Shown here piece after piece: positions 27,564 to 37,802 of a stretch of DNA of 64,000 nt. Source of the DNA: Thermoplasmata archaeon (GTDB lineage Archaea > Thermoplasmatota > Thermoplasmata > Lutacidiplasmatales > UBA184). The notes under the pieces are model-generated. The model was given only the letters and a program-made list of their open reading frames with translations. It made no database searches and was not told the origin of the DNA. Location: contig DASRSV010000030.1 in the NCBI GenBank assembly GCA_035656255.1, positions 1,338 through 65,337 of the forward strand, given 5' to 3'. Both the position numbers and the translations under genes were made by a program. Within the stretch, counting starts at the first letter, position 1; every line of letters starts with the position of its first letter.

Positions 27564-28625
27564 CTACACCGACCGGACGGTCAGCCGGTCCGCGATCTCT
27601 TCGAGCAGCGGTCGGTGCGCGGGGCGCACCGCGCGCGACCGACGGACGCGCGCGCGGGCCCGGTCGCTCAGTTCTCGAATCCTCTTCTCCGACCGCTCGA
27701 CGGCACCGGACCGTCGGAGCGCTTCGCGCGCCGCGTCGACCTGCGCCGGGGTCGCTCGTGGGTTCCCCAGCACCCGTCCGATCGCCCGACGGTCGGCCGC
27801 GTCGCCGAGCCGCCACGCGTCGACGACCAGAAGCGTCCGCTTACCTTCGACGACATCGTTCGCGCTCTTCTCGGCTTGGGTCGCCGAGAGCCCGGCGCCG
27901 AGAACGTCGTCGCGGAGCTGGAACGCGACGCCGGCGGCCGAGCCGAACGACCAGAGGTCGCGAACGAGCGCGGGCGATGCTCCCCCGAGCACCGCGCCGA
28001 TCTCGAGCGGCCCGGCTACGGTGTAGACAGCCGACTTGAGCAGGTGGACGGTGAGGACATCCTCTTCGCGGACCCGTTCGACGGGAAGCGTTCCGTTGCG
28101 GATGTCGAGCAGCTGACCGAGCGCCGTCTGCCGTGCCATCCGGGCGTACGCCTCGAGGGCCCGGAGGCGTCGCGCGGCGGGCACGCGGGTCGCGAGCAAG
28201 CTCCGGACCGTCACGGGCTCCTCCAGATCGCCCAACGTGATCCCCAAGCCGACCCCGAGGGCCACGGGATCTCCGATCGCCCCGGAGGCTCGGACCCGCG
28301 CCTCGATCGAACGGTACAGGGCGGGACCTCCGCGCCGGAGTTCGGAGTGGTCGATGATGTCGTCGTGGATCAGCATCCAGCTCTGGAAGTGCTCGAGCGC
28401 CGCGGCCGCCGGCAGCGCCGGCGACGGGTCCTTTCCGGTCGCGAGATGGTAGCCGGCGAGGACGAGCAACGCTCGGAACCGCTTGCCCCCGCGGAGGGTG
28501 AACTCCTCGAGGAGGTCCCAGTACTCGGAGAACTCACGGTCCGATCCTCTCCGCTCCCCCGCATACCGCGTGCGGAGCGCCCGTTCCAGCCGGGGACGAA
28601 ACGCGGTGAGTCGCTCGAAGTTCAA
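27564..28625 (-). CDS. Polyprenyl (GGPP-type) diphosphate synthase
   Basis: GGKRFR, LIHDDIIDHSELRRG, GQLLD, KSAVYT, AFQLRDD, DVVEGKRT; TTG start at 28625. Confidence 0.92.
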   Translation of the reverse strand: MNFERLTAFRPRLERALRTRYAGERRGSDREFSEYWDLLEEFTLRGGKRFRALLVLAGYHLATGKDPSPALPAAAALEHFQSWMLIHDDIIDHSELRRGGPALYRSIEARVRASGAIGDPVALGVGLGITLGDLEEPVTVRSLLATRVPAARRLRALEAYARMARQTALGQLLDIRNGTLPVERVREEDVLTVHLLKSAVYTVAGPLEIGAVLGGASPALVRDLWSFGSAAGVAFQLRDDVLGAGLSATQAEKSANDVVEGKRTLLVVDAWRLGDAADRRAIGRVLGNPRATPAQVDAAREALRRSGAVERSEKRIRELSDRARARVRRSRAVRPAHRPLLEEIADRLTVRSV

Positions 28626-28651
28626 GGTCGGTCGCGGCTCCGGCTTACGCG

Positions 28652-28658
28652 TATATAA
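28652..28658. promoter_or_regulatory. Bidirectional TATA box
   Basis: TATATAA midway between divergent starts at 28625 and 28683, ~25-27 nt from each. Confidence 0.6.
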
Positions 28659-28682
28659 CCGCCGAGGCGAATCCGGTCGTCG

Positions 28683-29828
28683 GTGGCCGTTCCGGTGTTC
28701 TCCGAACTCGTCGCCGGCCTCGTGGAGGCGCTCGGGGAGCGGATGGACGCGGCCCGACCGATCGACGAGGGCCTGCTCGTGCGGACGCAGGACGGTTTCC
28801 TCTTCGCGTTCCTGGAGGACCCGAACCGCGTCTCGCTCGACACGGTCCGGCGACTGTTCGACGAGGTCGCTCCGACCCCGGCCCGGCTCGCGGTGCTCGC
28901 ACCGGGGCGGCTTCCGCTCGCCATCGGTACGGAGGTACTGAAGCAGGGCGGGAGCCTCATCGACGGTCAGCGGTTCGTCGAGCTCGCGCGCGGGCTCGGG
29001 CTCGACCAGTACCTGGGTCAGGAGCCGAAGCCGACGGCGGCGCGGGAGAGTTCGCGGCTCCTCCCGAGCGCGCAACAGCTCGACGTCGTGATGGGTCGAG
29101 GGAGGACCTGGCTCGACTGGGGCGTGCCCGCCCTCGCCCTCCGGTTCTTCCGTCAGGCCCTCGCCCAGAAGCCGGAATTCCTACCGGCGAAGGTGGGCGT
29201 CGGCACCGCCCTGCTCGGGCTCGGGCTCACGGACGACGCGGAGCGGACGTTCCAGGAAGCCCTCGGGCAGCATCCTGAGGACGTGGATGCGCGGATCGGC
29301 CTCGCTTCGGTGCTCGGCGCCCGCGGCAAGATCGCCGAAGAGGTCGCCGTCTACCGCGAGATCCTCGCCGGTGCTCCGTCGATCGCGCGCGTCCGCGCCC
29401 ACCTCCTGGCCGCCCTGATGTTCGAGAAGAACTGGTCGGAGGCGCGCACCGAGGTCGAAGCGATGCTCACGTCGACCCCGGAGGAGCCGCAGCTCCGGTT
29501 CCTCCACGGAGTGTCGCTCACCGAATCCGGGGCGACCGCCGAGGGGGAGCGGGAGAAGCAGCGAGGCCGCGAGCTCGGGCTCACGTGGGATCGTGAGCGG
29601 GCCCTCCTCGAGCACTTGGGCCTGCCGGTGCCGGCTCCGCCCATCCGCGGCGTGCCCTCGGCGCCGACGTCCGCTCCGTCGGAGGTGCGGGCGTCGGCCG
29701 GCCGCCGACCCGCCTCGGTCCGCCCGCGACCGCGTCGGCCCCGAACGAGGAGCGCACGCACGACCGGACCGCCCACGAAGAGGCGCCGGCGTACGCCGAC
29801 CGGCCGTTCGGGCCGTAAACGTAAGTAG
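28683..29828 (+). CDS. TPR protein with an N-terminal Mrr-like domain and a basic tail
   Basis: TPR helices (ALAQKPEFLPAK.GVG.AL, ALGQHPEDVDARIGLA); N-terminal SLIDGQRFVELARGLGL. Confidence 0.7.
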   Translation: MAVPVFSELVAGLVEALGERMDAARPIDEGLLVRTQDGFLFAFLEDPNRVSLDTVRRLFDEVAPTPARLAVLAPGRLPLAIGTEVLKQGGSLIDGQRFVELARGLGLDQYLGQEPKPTAARESSRLLPSAQQLDVVMGRGRTWLDWGVPALALRFFRQALAQKPEFLPAKVGVGTALLGLGLTDDAERTFQEALGQHPEDVDARIGLASVLGARGKIAEEVAVYREILAGAPSIARVRAHLLAALMFEKNWSEARTEVEAMLTSTPEEPQLRFLHGVSLTESGATAEGEREKQRGRELGLTWDRERALLEHLGLPVPAPPIRGVPSAPTSAPSEVRASAGRRPASVRPRPRRPRTRSARTTGPPTKRRRRTPTGRSGRKRK

Positions 29829-29861
29829 CGGCGCCCGGGGTCGCCGCCCCCGGAGAGCGTC

Positions 29862-30779
29862 GTGCGGGTCGTCTCCGTGCTTCCGAGCGCGACCGAGATC
29901 GTCTGCGCCCTCGGACTCCGGGGAAGCCTCGTCGGCCGCAGCGAGGAGTGCGACTACCCTCCCTCGGTCCGGGAACTTCCGGTCGTCATGCACGCCCGGA
30001 GCGCGGACACCGACCGAGCCTCCGCCGAGATCGATGTTCGGGTGCAAGCGGCGCGTCGCGCCGGGGCGAGCCTCTACACGCTCGACGTGGCCACCCTCGC
30101 CGCGCTGCGCCCCGATGTGATCCTCACCCAGGACCTCTGCGGCGTCTGCTCGGTGACGACCGACGAGGTCGCGGACGGCTGCGCGAGGGCCGGGGTCTCG
30201 CCACGGATCGTCACGCTGACGCCGCGCACCCTGGCCGACGTCTGGGCGTCCGCGGAGACGATCGGAGCCTCGCTCGGCGTCCCGGAACGGGGCCAGGAAC
30301 TTGCGTCGGGCCTGCGCACCCGATCGATGCCCGGCTCCGCGGGGGACCGGCGACCTCGCGTCGCGGTTGTCGAATGGGTCGATCCGCCGATCTTGGCTGG
30401 GCTTTGGGTACCGGAGATGATCGGGAGCGCCGGGGGCGATCCGGTCGGACCGGCCCCCGGGGAGGTCGGCGAACGAACGACGTGGCCGGAGGTCGCCGAT
30501 CGGCACCCCGACCTTGTCATCGTCAGCCCGTGCAGCTTCTCGGTCGAACGGACCCGCGCGGAACTTCGGGCGAGCCGCACGGCGCGGGGGCTCCTTCGGC
30601 TGCGCCCCCCACTCGGCACGTGGATCCTCGATGAATCGTACTTCAGCCGTCCCGGGCCCCGGCTCGCGAACGGGGTCGCACTGCTCCGGGCCCTCGTTCG
30701 GAGGGAGCTAGCCGCCGATGGTGGGGCGAACCCGACTTGGATGCCGCTCCTTCCCCCGGTCGCCGAGGAGGCTGCGTGA
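29862..30779 (+). CDS. BtuF-like cobalamin/Fe-siderophore binding protein, no signal peptide
   Basis: MRVVSVLPSATEIVCALG, ECDYP, PDVILTQDLCGVC, FSRPGPRL. Confidence 0.85.
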   Translation: MRVVSVLPSATEIVCALGLRGSLVGRSEECDYPPSVRELPVVMHARSADTDRASAEIDVRVQAARRAGASLYTLDVATLAALRPDVILTQDLCGVCSVTTDEVADGCARAGVSPRIVTLTPRTLADVWASAETIGASLGVPERGQELASGLRTRSMPGSAGDRRPRVAVVEWVDPPILAGLWVPEMIGSAGGDPVGPAPGEVGERTTWPEVADRHPDLVIVSPCSFSVERTRAELRASRTARGLLRLRPPLGTWILDESYFSRPGPRLANGVALLRALVRRELAADGGANPTWMPLLPPVAEEAA

Positions 30780-31471
30780 GCGCCCCGTCGTACGTTTGGG
30801 GTCCCGCCCCCGCGCCCGTTCAGCGGATCACGACCTCGCGGACCGAGATCCTCCATCTGCTGATCGCGTACCTGGTCCTGACGGTCGACATAGCGATCCT
30901 GCGGGAGGGTGTCGGCTTCGGGGTTCCCACCGGCTTCGCGCTCTCCCAGCTCCCGTTCGATCTTGGCCTCGGCGCGGCGGTCGCGGCCACCGGGTTCGTC
31001 GCCCACGAGCTCGCGCACAAGATCGTCGCCCAGCGCTACGGATTCTGGGCGGAGTTCCGGATGTCCCCGATCGGGCTCCTCGTTTCGGTCATGACGTCGT
31101 TCGTCGGCTTCCTCATGGCGCTCCCCGGCGCGACCGTGATCGGTGGGCTCGGCGACGAGCGCGAGTGGGGAAGGACGAGCCTCGCCGGTCCGGTGCTGAA
31201 CCTCGTGGAGGGGACCGTCTTCTTCGCCCTCGCGTGGGTCGCCTGGTTCGTCGCGCTCGCCCCGACGGCGGCGATCTTCCTCCTCCTCCTCGCCCTGTTC
31301 AACGGCGTGTTCGCGTCGTTCAACCTGATCCCGCTCGGGCTGCTGGACGGCCGGAAGGTGTTCCGCTGGAACAAGGCGGTCTGGGCCGTCAGCTTCGCCG
31401 GGGCGCTCGTGTTCACCGGCTGGATGTTTGCGACCTTCTACCTACCCACCCCGCCGCCGCCGTTCTCGTGA
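30776..31471 (+). CDS. Site-2 protease family (M50) membrane zinc peptidase
   Basis: HELAHK, LAGP..N, FNLIP...LDG.K. Confidence 0.9.
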   Translation: MSAPSYVWGPAPAPVQRITTSRTEILHLLIAYLVLTVDIAILREGVGFGVPTGFALSQLPFDLGLGAAVAATGFVAHELAHKIVAQRYGFWAEFRMSPIGLLVSVMTSFVGFLMALPGATVIGGLGDEREWGRTSLAGPVLNLVEGTVFFALAWVAWFVALAPTAAIFLLLLALFNGVFASFNLIPLGLLDGRKVFRWNKAVWAVSFAGALVFTGWMFATFYLPTPPPPFS

Positions 31472-31478
31472 GCTCCTG

Positions 31479-32411
31479 ATGGTCGGAGGTTCCGTCTCCG
31501 ATCTCGGCTCGGGGCGACTGCTCCTCGATCTCAACTTTCGCGACGAGGAAGGACTGGTCGCGAGCTACCTGCTGCCCACTGACGATGGGTGGTCGCTGGT
31601 GGAGACGGGGCCGACGACCTGCCGGCCACAGCTGCTCGATGCGCTCGGTCGGGCCGGGGCCGGGCCGTCGGATGTCCGACGGGTGTTCCTCACGCACATC
31701 CACCTCGACCACGCGGGCGGGGCGGGAGCGCTCGCGGCCGACCTCCCGAACGCCCGGTTCTACGTCCACGAAGCAGGGGTGCGCCACCTGGTCGATCCCG
31801 CCCGGCTCGTCGAAAGCGCCCGGAGGGCTTGGGGGCCCGCGGCGGACGAGCTGTGGGGCCCGGTGATTCCCCTCCCGTCCGGTCGCGTAGCAGCGCTGGC
31901 CGGGGGCGAACGGTTCCCCCACGAGGGGGGAGAGCTGGTCACCCTCGCCACCCCCGGTCACGCGCGGCACCATCTCTCGTTCTTCGATACGGCGACTGGG
32001 AGCGTGTTCACCGGCGATTCGGCCGGGGTCCGCCTTCCGGGGAGCGGGCGAGCCCGCCCCGCGGTTCCTCCGCCCGACCTCGACCTCGAGCAGCTCTTCG
32101 CGAGCCTCGACCGGATGGCGGAGCTAGGGCCGCGGCGGCTGCTGTACAGCCATTTCGGCCCCGTCGAGGGCGGAGTGGAGCTCCTGCGCGACTATCGAGC
32201 GGCGGTCGATGAATGGAAGACGGTCGCCTTGGAAGCGGCGCGGAGAGACCCATCTCCGGAGTCGGTCGCCGGCGCCCTCCGCTCGGCCTCCAGTGCCGAG
32301 GCGCCGAGCCCGCCGTGGATCGAGCGACGGGGCGAGATCATCTCGAGCTACGTGGTGGCCGCTCAGGGGTTGCTCCGCTACTTTCGGGTGCGGGGGCTGA
32401 TCCCGGGGTGA
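31479..32411 (+). CDS. MBL-fold metallo-hydrolase
   Basis: THIHLDHAG, TPGHARHH, FTGDSAG, HFG. Confidence 0.9.
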   Translation: MVGGSVSDLGSGRLLLDLNFRDEEGLVASYLLPTDDGWSLVETGPTTCRPQLLDALGRAGAGPSDVRRVFLTHIHLDHAGGAGALAADLPNARFYVHEAGVRHLVDPARLVESARRAWGPAADELWGPVIPLPSGRVAALAGGERFPHEGGELVTLATPGHARHHLSFFDTATGSVFTGDSAGVRLPGSGRARPAVPPPDLDLEQLFASLDRMAELGPRRLLYSHFGPVEGGVELLRDYRAAVDEWKTVALEAARRDPSPESVAGALRSASSAEAPSPPWIERRGEIISSYVVAAQGLLRYFRVRGLIPG

Positions 32412-33658
32412 ACGCGGCCCCCGAGGTGCCGAAGCGACGTCGTGACGTCGCGGCGGCGGCGCTCTTCGTCGCACGGCTCGTCTACGCCTTCAATTGGTAC
32501 AACGTCGGGGCGGTTCTCCCGCTCATCGGCGCGTCGCTGCATGCGTCGACCGCCGAGCTCGGGATCGTCCTCGGCGCGTTCCTCGTCGGGGTCGGCGCGT
32601 TCCAGATCCCGGCAGGGATCGCCGCCACGCGGTGGAACCCACGCGAGGTCTCGATGGTCGGACTCGCGGCGATGTCGGCGTTCTGCATCGCGTCGGCGTT
32701 CGCTCCGAGCTGGCCGCTCCTCGCGCTAGCCCGCTTCGGCGCGGGGGTCGGGGCGGCGTTTTTCTTCGCCCCCGCGCTCAGCCTGATCGCCGCGTACTAT
32801 GCTGCGGGCCAGCGTGGGCTCGTGGTCGGAATGTACAACGGCGGGTTCAGCATCGGTGGGGCCGTGGGCCTCTTCGCCGGGGCCGCCGCGGGGCTCGCGT
32901 ACGGATGGCCGTTCGCCCTCGGGGCCGGAGGCGTCGCGCTGGCCCTCAGCACGGGGATCACCTGGGCCCTCCTCCCGCTGCCGGCCTCCGTTCCTCGCCG
33001 ACACGACCTCTCGTCGACCCTCGCCACGAGCCGGCGCGTCCTCCTCTCCCGATCGATCTGGGCCCTCGCCCTGGGCCTCACGGGCTTCTGGGCGGCGATC
33101 TACGTTGTGGCGCAGTACTTCGTGAAGTACGCCGCCGACGTCCAACCCCAGTGGGGACTCGGGGTCGCGGCGATCCTCTCCGGGGTCACGGTGTTCGCCT
33201 CGTTCCCGGGGGGCCCGGTCGGCGGGTGGCTCGCCGAGCGCGGGATGGACCGGCGTTGGCTCGTGGGCGTCTTCGGCCTCGCGACGGGCCTGCTGGTTCT
33301 GGCGCTCCCGTTCACTCCGCTGTTCGCGCTCTGGCCGCTCTTCGCTCTGCTCGGGCTCGTCGACGGGATTGTCTTCGCGGTCGAGTACCTCATCCCGGCC
33401 TACCTCTCGGACACGGCCGGGGAGGGGGTCGCGCTCGGGGTCGCGTTCATCAATTCACTCCAGGTGCTGATCGGCAGCGGGATCGCGATCGGATTCGGGT
33501 TCCTCGCGGCGGCTGATGGCTACTTGCCGGCGTGGATCGTGATCGCCGTGCTCACCGTGGGGCTGCTCCCCCTCCTCGCGTGGGTCGAGCCCAACCGTGC
33601 GCGCGGAGACGCGACGCCGAGACCGACCGAAGTGAAACCGGGGGGCGCGCGCGGCTAG
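32408..33658 (+). CDS. MFS transporter
   Basis: About 12 hydrophobic helices, LARFGAGVG, GGWLAERG; GTGA overlap with the upstream gene. Confidence 0.88.
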   Translation: MNAAPEVPKRRRDVAAAALFVARLVYAFNWYNVGAVLPLIGASLHASTAELGIVLGAFLVGVGAFQIPAGIAATRWNPREVSMVGLAAMSAFCIASAFAPSWPLLALARFGAGVGAAFFFAPALSLIAAYYAAGQRGLVVGMYNGGFSIGGAVGLFAGAAAGLAYGWPFALGAGGVALALSTGITWALLPLPASVPRRHDLSSTLATSRRVLLSRSIWALALGLTGFWAAIYVVAQYFVKYAADVQPQWGLGVAAILSGVTVFASFPGGPVGGWLAERGMDRRWLVGVFGLATGLLVLALPFTPLFALWPLFALLGLVDGIVFAVEYLIPAYLSDTAGEGVALGVAFINSLQVLIGSGIAIGFGFLAAADGYLPAWIVIAVLTVGLLPLLAWVEPNRARGDATPRPTEVKPGGARG

Positions 33659-33798
33659 TCCGGTGCCGTTCGACGACCCCGGGTGGCCGGAACTCGGCGG
33701 GAGGACGCCCGGCAACGCGGCCCCCCCATCGATGACGGCCCCGGGAATCGTGGGCAAGGTTTAGACCTGATCTTCGGTGCGGAAGACGAAGGAGACCG

Positions 33799-34533
33799 AT
33801 GTCCACGATTCCCCCTGCCCCGCGGAAGGTCCGCCTCTTGGACTCCCACCCGGAGACCGCGGAGGCGCGGACATTCCGGTTCGATCGCGGGAGTCCGCCG
33901 TACGAGTGGCGAGCCGGTCAGAACCTCGTCATGACCATCTCGGGGGTGGAGGGGCCGAAAGGACCCACCTACCCTTTCACCGTCTCGTCGAGTCCGACCG
34001 AACCTGGGTTCCTCGCGATCACGACGTTCCTTCGGGACACGCCGTTCAAGCGTCGGCTGGCCGCCCTCAAGCCCGGAGAGACCGTCGATCTCGACGGCCC
34101 CGAGGGCACGTTCGTGCTCGAGCCCGGTAGGCCGGCGGTCATGGTCGCCGGCGGGATCGGCGTCACGCCGTTCCGAAGCATGCTTCGCTTCGCGACGGAC
34201 TCGCGACTCGAAAAGCCGCTCGTGCTCGTCTATTCGAGCCGCACCCTCGAATCGATCGTCTTCCGGGCCGAGCTCGATGAGCTCGCGCGCCGCAATCACG
34301 CGATCCGCGTCCTCCACACGATCACCCGCCCCGACGCCTCGGATCCGCGGTGGGGGGGACGGACGGGCCGGATCGACGGGGAGTTGCTCCGCGAAGCGAT
34401 GCGGGGGGTCCGCCACCCCCTCGTCTACGTCGCTGGGCCCCCGGAGTTCGTGCGCGCCGGCCGCAAGCTGCTCGCCGACGAGATCCGCATCGCCGCCGAC
34501 GACATCCGGACCGACGAGTTCGACGGATACTGA
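33799..34533 (+). CDS. Ferredoxin-NADP reductase family FAD/NAD-binding oxidoreductase
   Basis: PFTVSSSP, GPEGTF, AGGIGVTPFRSM, GRID, YVAGPP, DEFDGY. Confidence 0.9.
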   Translation: MSTIPPAPRKVRLLDSHPETAEARTFRFDRGSPPYEWRAGQNLVMTISGVEGPKGPTYPFTVSSSPTEPGFLAITTFLRDTPFKRRLAALKPGETVDLDGPEGTFVLEPGRPAVMVAGGIGVTPFRSMLRFATDSRLEKPLVLVYSSRTLESIVFRAELDELARRNHAIRVLHTITRPDASDPRWGGRTGRIDGELLREAMRGVRHPLVYVAGPPEFVRAGRKLLADEIRIAADDIRTDEFDGY

Positions 34534-34566
34534 TCCCCCGTCTCGGGCAGGCTCCGGTCGGGCCAC

Positions 34567-34573
34567 TTAATTA
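34567..34573 (+). promoter_or_regulatory. TATA box of tRNA-Gln
   Basis: TTAATTA ~24 nt upstream of the tRNA. Confidence 0.6.
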
Positions 34574-34596
34574 CCGGGCCCTGACGTGGAGTCTCC

Positions 34597-34669
34597 AGCC
34601 CCGTGGTGTAGCGGCCAAGCATGCTGGCCTTTGGAGCCGGCGACAGCGGTTCGAATCCGCTCGGGGCTA
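34597..34669 (+). tRNA. tRNA-Gln (anticodon TTG), no intron, CCA not encoded
   Basis: Acceptor stem AGCCCCG/CGGGGCT with the archaeal A1-U72 pair, anticodon arm CTGGC-CTTTGGA-GCCGG, T loop GGTTCGAATCC. Confidence 0.96.
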
Positions 34670-35085
34670 TGGTCCGAATGGGGGCATCTCCCCTCACCCG
34701 AACCCGCCTCCGCCGAGGTGAGGCCTCCAGAAGTTCGGCTCGAAACGGACTCCGGCGGCCCGCGAAGCGTGCCTTGTGGACGGCCCGATCGTGGCTGACC
34801 CATGGGCGCTCGGGAATCCCCCCACCCGAACTTCCCCCGAGCGGCAACTCGGTGTAGCGCAGTCTCAATAGAAATCTCGAATTTCACGCGAGTTCGTGGG
34901 TCGGCTCGCGTCCAAGAGAGAGGTCCAAGAGCCCTTCGCTCGCGTCGACCGCCCGGCCCCGACCAGCTCCGAGGCGACCGGATCGATTCAAACCAGGCGA
35001 CGGCGCGACGACCCACTCCACCGGGGAACAAGATGTCTCAAGCCCGGCGCGAAAATGACTTGCCGGCCGCTCAGGTCGGTCGAGG

Positions 35086-37266
35086 TTGATATTCTTACGC
35101 GCGGTGGTTGGTCCCAGAGGAACCCCTTCGGTTCAGGGGGAACACGTGGTCGCAACGGATCTGGGCCGACCTGCCCAATCCTCGCTGGTGTTCGCGGTCT
35201 TACCCATCGTTGTCGCGATTGTAATTGTTAGCTCCCTGCCGACAGGGGTGCTGACCGAACGGAGCAGCGCTTTCGCGCCGGCGACAACCGGGGCACATAT
35301 TCACGCGACTCGAGCCGCCTACGCGGCGTCCCAACTTGCCGCCGCGAGAAACTCACTCCTCCCGGGCCAGGAGGCGTCGTGTCCAGTCACCGGAGCCGCG
35401 GGCTCGGGCCGGTGCCCCGCGGGTCCCGGGCCTTCTGGGGCCCGGCAGCACCTCGCGACAATTGGCCCCCTCCTGGTGCCGACCCCGTCGTGGAGCCAAA
35501 TCCGCTACCTGATTCCCCAGGGTCGACAGGTCGCGTCGATGGCTTACGATGCGAAGGACAAGTATGTACTGCTCTTCGGTGGGCTCAACAGTTCGGCCTC
35601 GTTGGGCGACACCTGGTCGTTCTCCGCGGGGGTATGGACGGCGATTCACACAGCGACGTCGCCTCAAGCTCGATACGGCGCCGCCATGACCTTCGACGGC
35701 GCGGACAACTATATCGTCCTCTTCGGCGGCTACAACAGTGCCGGCGCGCTCTCCGACACTTGGAAGTACGCCGCGGGCACGTGGACCAAACTCACCCCCA
35801 CCAAGAACCCGACCGCGGCTCTCTACGCGACGTTGAGTTACGACAGCAAGGACGGATACGCAGTCTACATCGGGGGACTCAGTGGTGCGCTGGTCGCCCA
35901 GAACGCGACTTGGGAATTCAAGGCCGGTCAATGGACACAGCTGACACCCACCCCTTCCCCGACGGCCCGCTACTTGGCGAGCCTCGCCTACGACGGACGG
36001 GACAGCTACCTGGTTCTCTTCGGCGGGGTTAACGCGACCTTCGCCTACCTTGGCGACACTTGGAACTTCTCCGCGGGCCATTGGTCCAAGCTGACTCCTC
36101 CGAAGGCGCCATCCGCAAGGGCGGAGTCGAGTCTAGGCTTTAGCGCGAGGGACGGGGAGCTGGTGCTCTTCGGGGGATACACCGGGGCGGCCTACCTCTC
36201 GGACGCCTGGACGTTCGTGGGCGGGGGGTGGACGAAGATAAGTACGGCTTTTCACCCGTCTTCGCGTGCCGGGGCGATGATCGCCGATGGGACCACCTCC
36301 CAGAATTTGGTGCTGTACGGAGGGGTCGTGGTTTCGGGCACGGTCATCAACCAGACATGGACGTTCCACGGTCTCGTCTGGACGAAGGCCATCCCCCGCT
36401 CGCCGGTGGGCCGAAGCCTTACAGCGATGACGTACGATGAGGCGGACGGCTATGTTCTACTGTTTGGTGGAAGCGACCTTGGTTACTTGGGCGACAGCTG
36501 GAAGTACCTCCACGGAACCTGGACGCCGATTCACACCTCCCCGTCACCACCCGCTCGAATCAGCGCCGCCATGGCGTACGACCAGGCCGACGGGTACGTT
36601 GTGTTGTTCGGGGGGAGAAATGCGAGCGGGCCTCTCTCGGACACGTGGACCTATCTCGCCGGGACCTGGAGCCAAGTGGTGGCCCCGGTTCCCCCGTCCC
36701 CGCGGGAATCGGCAAGCATGACCTACGACGCCGCAGACGGGTACATCCTCCTGTTCGGGGGATACGATCTCAGCGCGCTGAACGATACCTGGTCGTTCTC
36801 CGCCGGGATGTGGACGAACGTCAGTCCGCTTTCGGGTCCGTCGCCGCGATTCTCCTCGCAGCTGACCTACGATTCGGCGGACGGGTATGTCCTGCTCTTT
36901 TCAGGCTACCAGCCGTACCTCGTTCCCAACTCGTACAACGACACTTGGAGCTACAGCGCGGGTACGTGGACCAACCTCACCGCTGGCCTCGCCACAAGCC
37001 CCCCCGGACGAAGCATCGGGGTGATTTCGGACGATACCTACGACGGCTATCTGGTCCTGTATGGGGGATCCGACTCCAGCGGCGCTGGCGGTTACGTGAC
37101 GACGACCTGGAGCTTCGTGAACGGCGCTTGGGCGCAGCTTTTTCCGGCCGCGAATCCTGGTGTCCTCCTCTATATGTCGAGCGCATTTGACCCGCCAGAC
37201 AACTCCCTCATCATGTTCGGGGGAACTAACGGCTTGACGCTCCAAGGTGGAACCTGGTCATACTGA
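35086..37266 (+). CDS. Secreted kelch-repeat protein, 12 repeats
   Basis: N-terminal hydrophobic helix; 12 copies of P..R..A.M.YD..DGY.VLFGG.....DTW....G.W; start uncertain. Confidence 0.88.
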   Translation: MIFLRAVVGPRGTPSVQGEHVVATDLGRPAQSSLVFAVLPIVVAIVIVSSLPTGVLTERSSAFAPATTGAHIHATRAAYAASQLAAARNSLLPGQEASCPVTGAAGSGRCPAGPGPSGARQHLATIGPLLVPTPSWSQIRYLIPQGRQVASMAYDAKDKYVLLFGGLNSSASLGDTWSFSAGVWTAIHTATSPQARYGAAMTFDGADNYIVLFGGYNSAGALSDTWKYAAGTWTKLTPTKNPTAALYATLSYDSKDGYAVYIGGLSGALVAQNATWEFKAGQWTQLTPTPSPTARYLASLAYDGRDSYLVLFGGVNATFAYLGDTWNFSAGHWSKLTPPKAPSARAESSLGFSARDGELVLFGGYTGAAYLSDAWTFVGGGWTKISTAFHPSSRAGAMIADGTTSQNLVLYGGVVVSGTVINQTWTFHGLVWTKAIPRSPVGRSLTAMTYDEADGYVLLFGGSDLGYLGDSWKYLHGTWTPIHTSPSPPARISAAMAYDQADGYVVLFGGRNASGPLSDTWTYLAGTWSQVVAPVPPSPRESASMTYDAADGYILLFGGYDLSALNDTWSFSAGMWTNVSPLSGPSPRFSSQLTYDSADGYVLLFSGYQPYLVPNSYNDTWSYSAGTWTNLTAGLATSPPGRSIGVISDDTYDGYLVLYGGSDSSGAGGYVTTTWSFVNGAWAQLFPAANPGVLLYMSSAFDPPDNSLIMFGGTNGLTLQGGTWSY

Positions 37267-37403
37267 GCGCCCTACCCTCGCACTCCGCGCGCGCCGCCGA
37301 TCCCGGCAGACAGGTCGATGAAAGTGAATGCGGCACGCAAGGGGCGTCGCGCGCGACGAGTCCGCGTCGCCGACGGCTCGGGGTTTGCTTCGGCCATTAG
37401 GCC

Positions 37404-37802
37404 TCAGTCTCCGCCCGCCCTATCGAGCCGCCTCGCCACCTTCTGGTACACCCTCACCGGCGCGCCCTGTCTGAGGCGCTTTTGGTGATACCAGAGGGTC
37501 GTCTTCGGTATCCCGAGTTTCCGGGCCTCCGGAACGGTCAGGGCAGCGATCTTGGCCGCCTGAACCGAGTTCCCGAGCGTCTCGGGCTGAATCTCGGGGA
37601 GGGGCAGGTCGAACTCGAACGTTCGGGGTCGGCGGCGCTCGGTCGCGACCTCCTCCGCGAATCTCTGGGCTCCGCGCAGAAGGGCCATCTCCCAAGTCGT
37701 GGGCCGATCCCCCGGGATCTTGCGGGAAAACGGATGGTCAAGCCTTTGGAGGAGCTTCGGGGCTGCGCCTTCAGACGGGTCGATTGAGGAGGGCGGGATT
37801 GT
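37404..37802 (-). pseudogene. C-terminal remnant of a casposon-type Cas1 (casposase) with HTH tail
   Basis: GAAPKLLQRL..FSRKI..TTWEMALLRGAQRFAEEV..FEF.LP..KIAALTVPEARKLGIPKTTLWY..RLRQGAPVRVYQKV..RL; in-frame TAG at 37803-37805; catalytic N-terminal part absent. Confidence 0.65.

Noticed and set aside
34848..34866. Second tRNA fragment (GGTGTAGCG)
   Set aside because: Only a 9-nt match to the tRNA 5' part, with no cloverleaf
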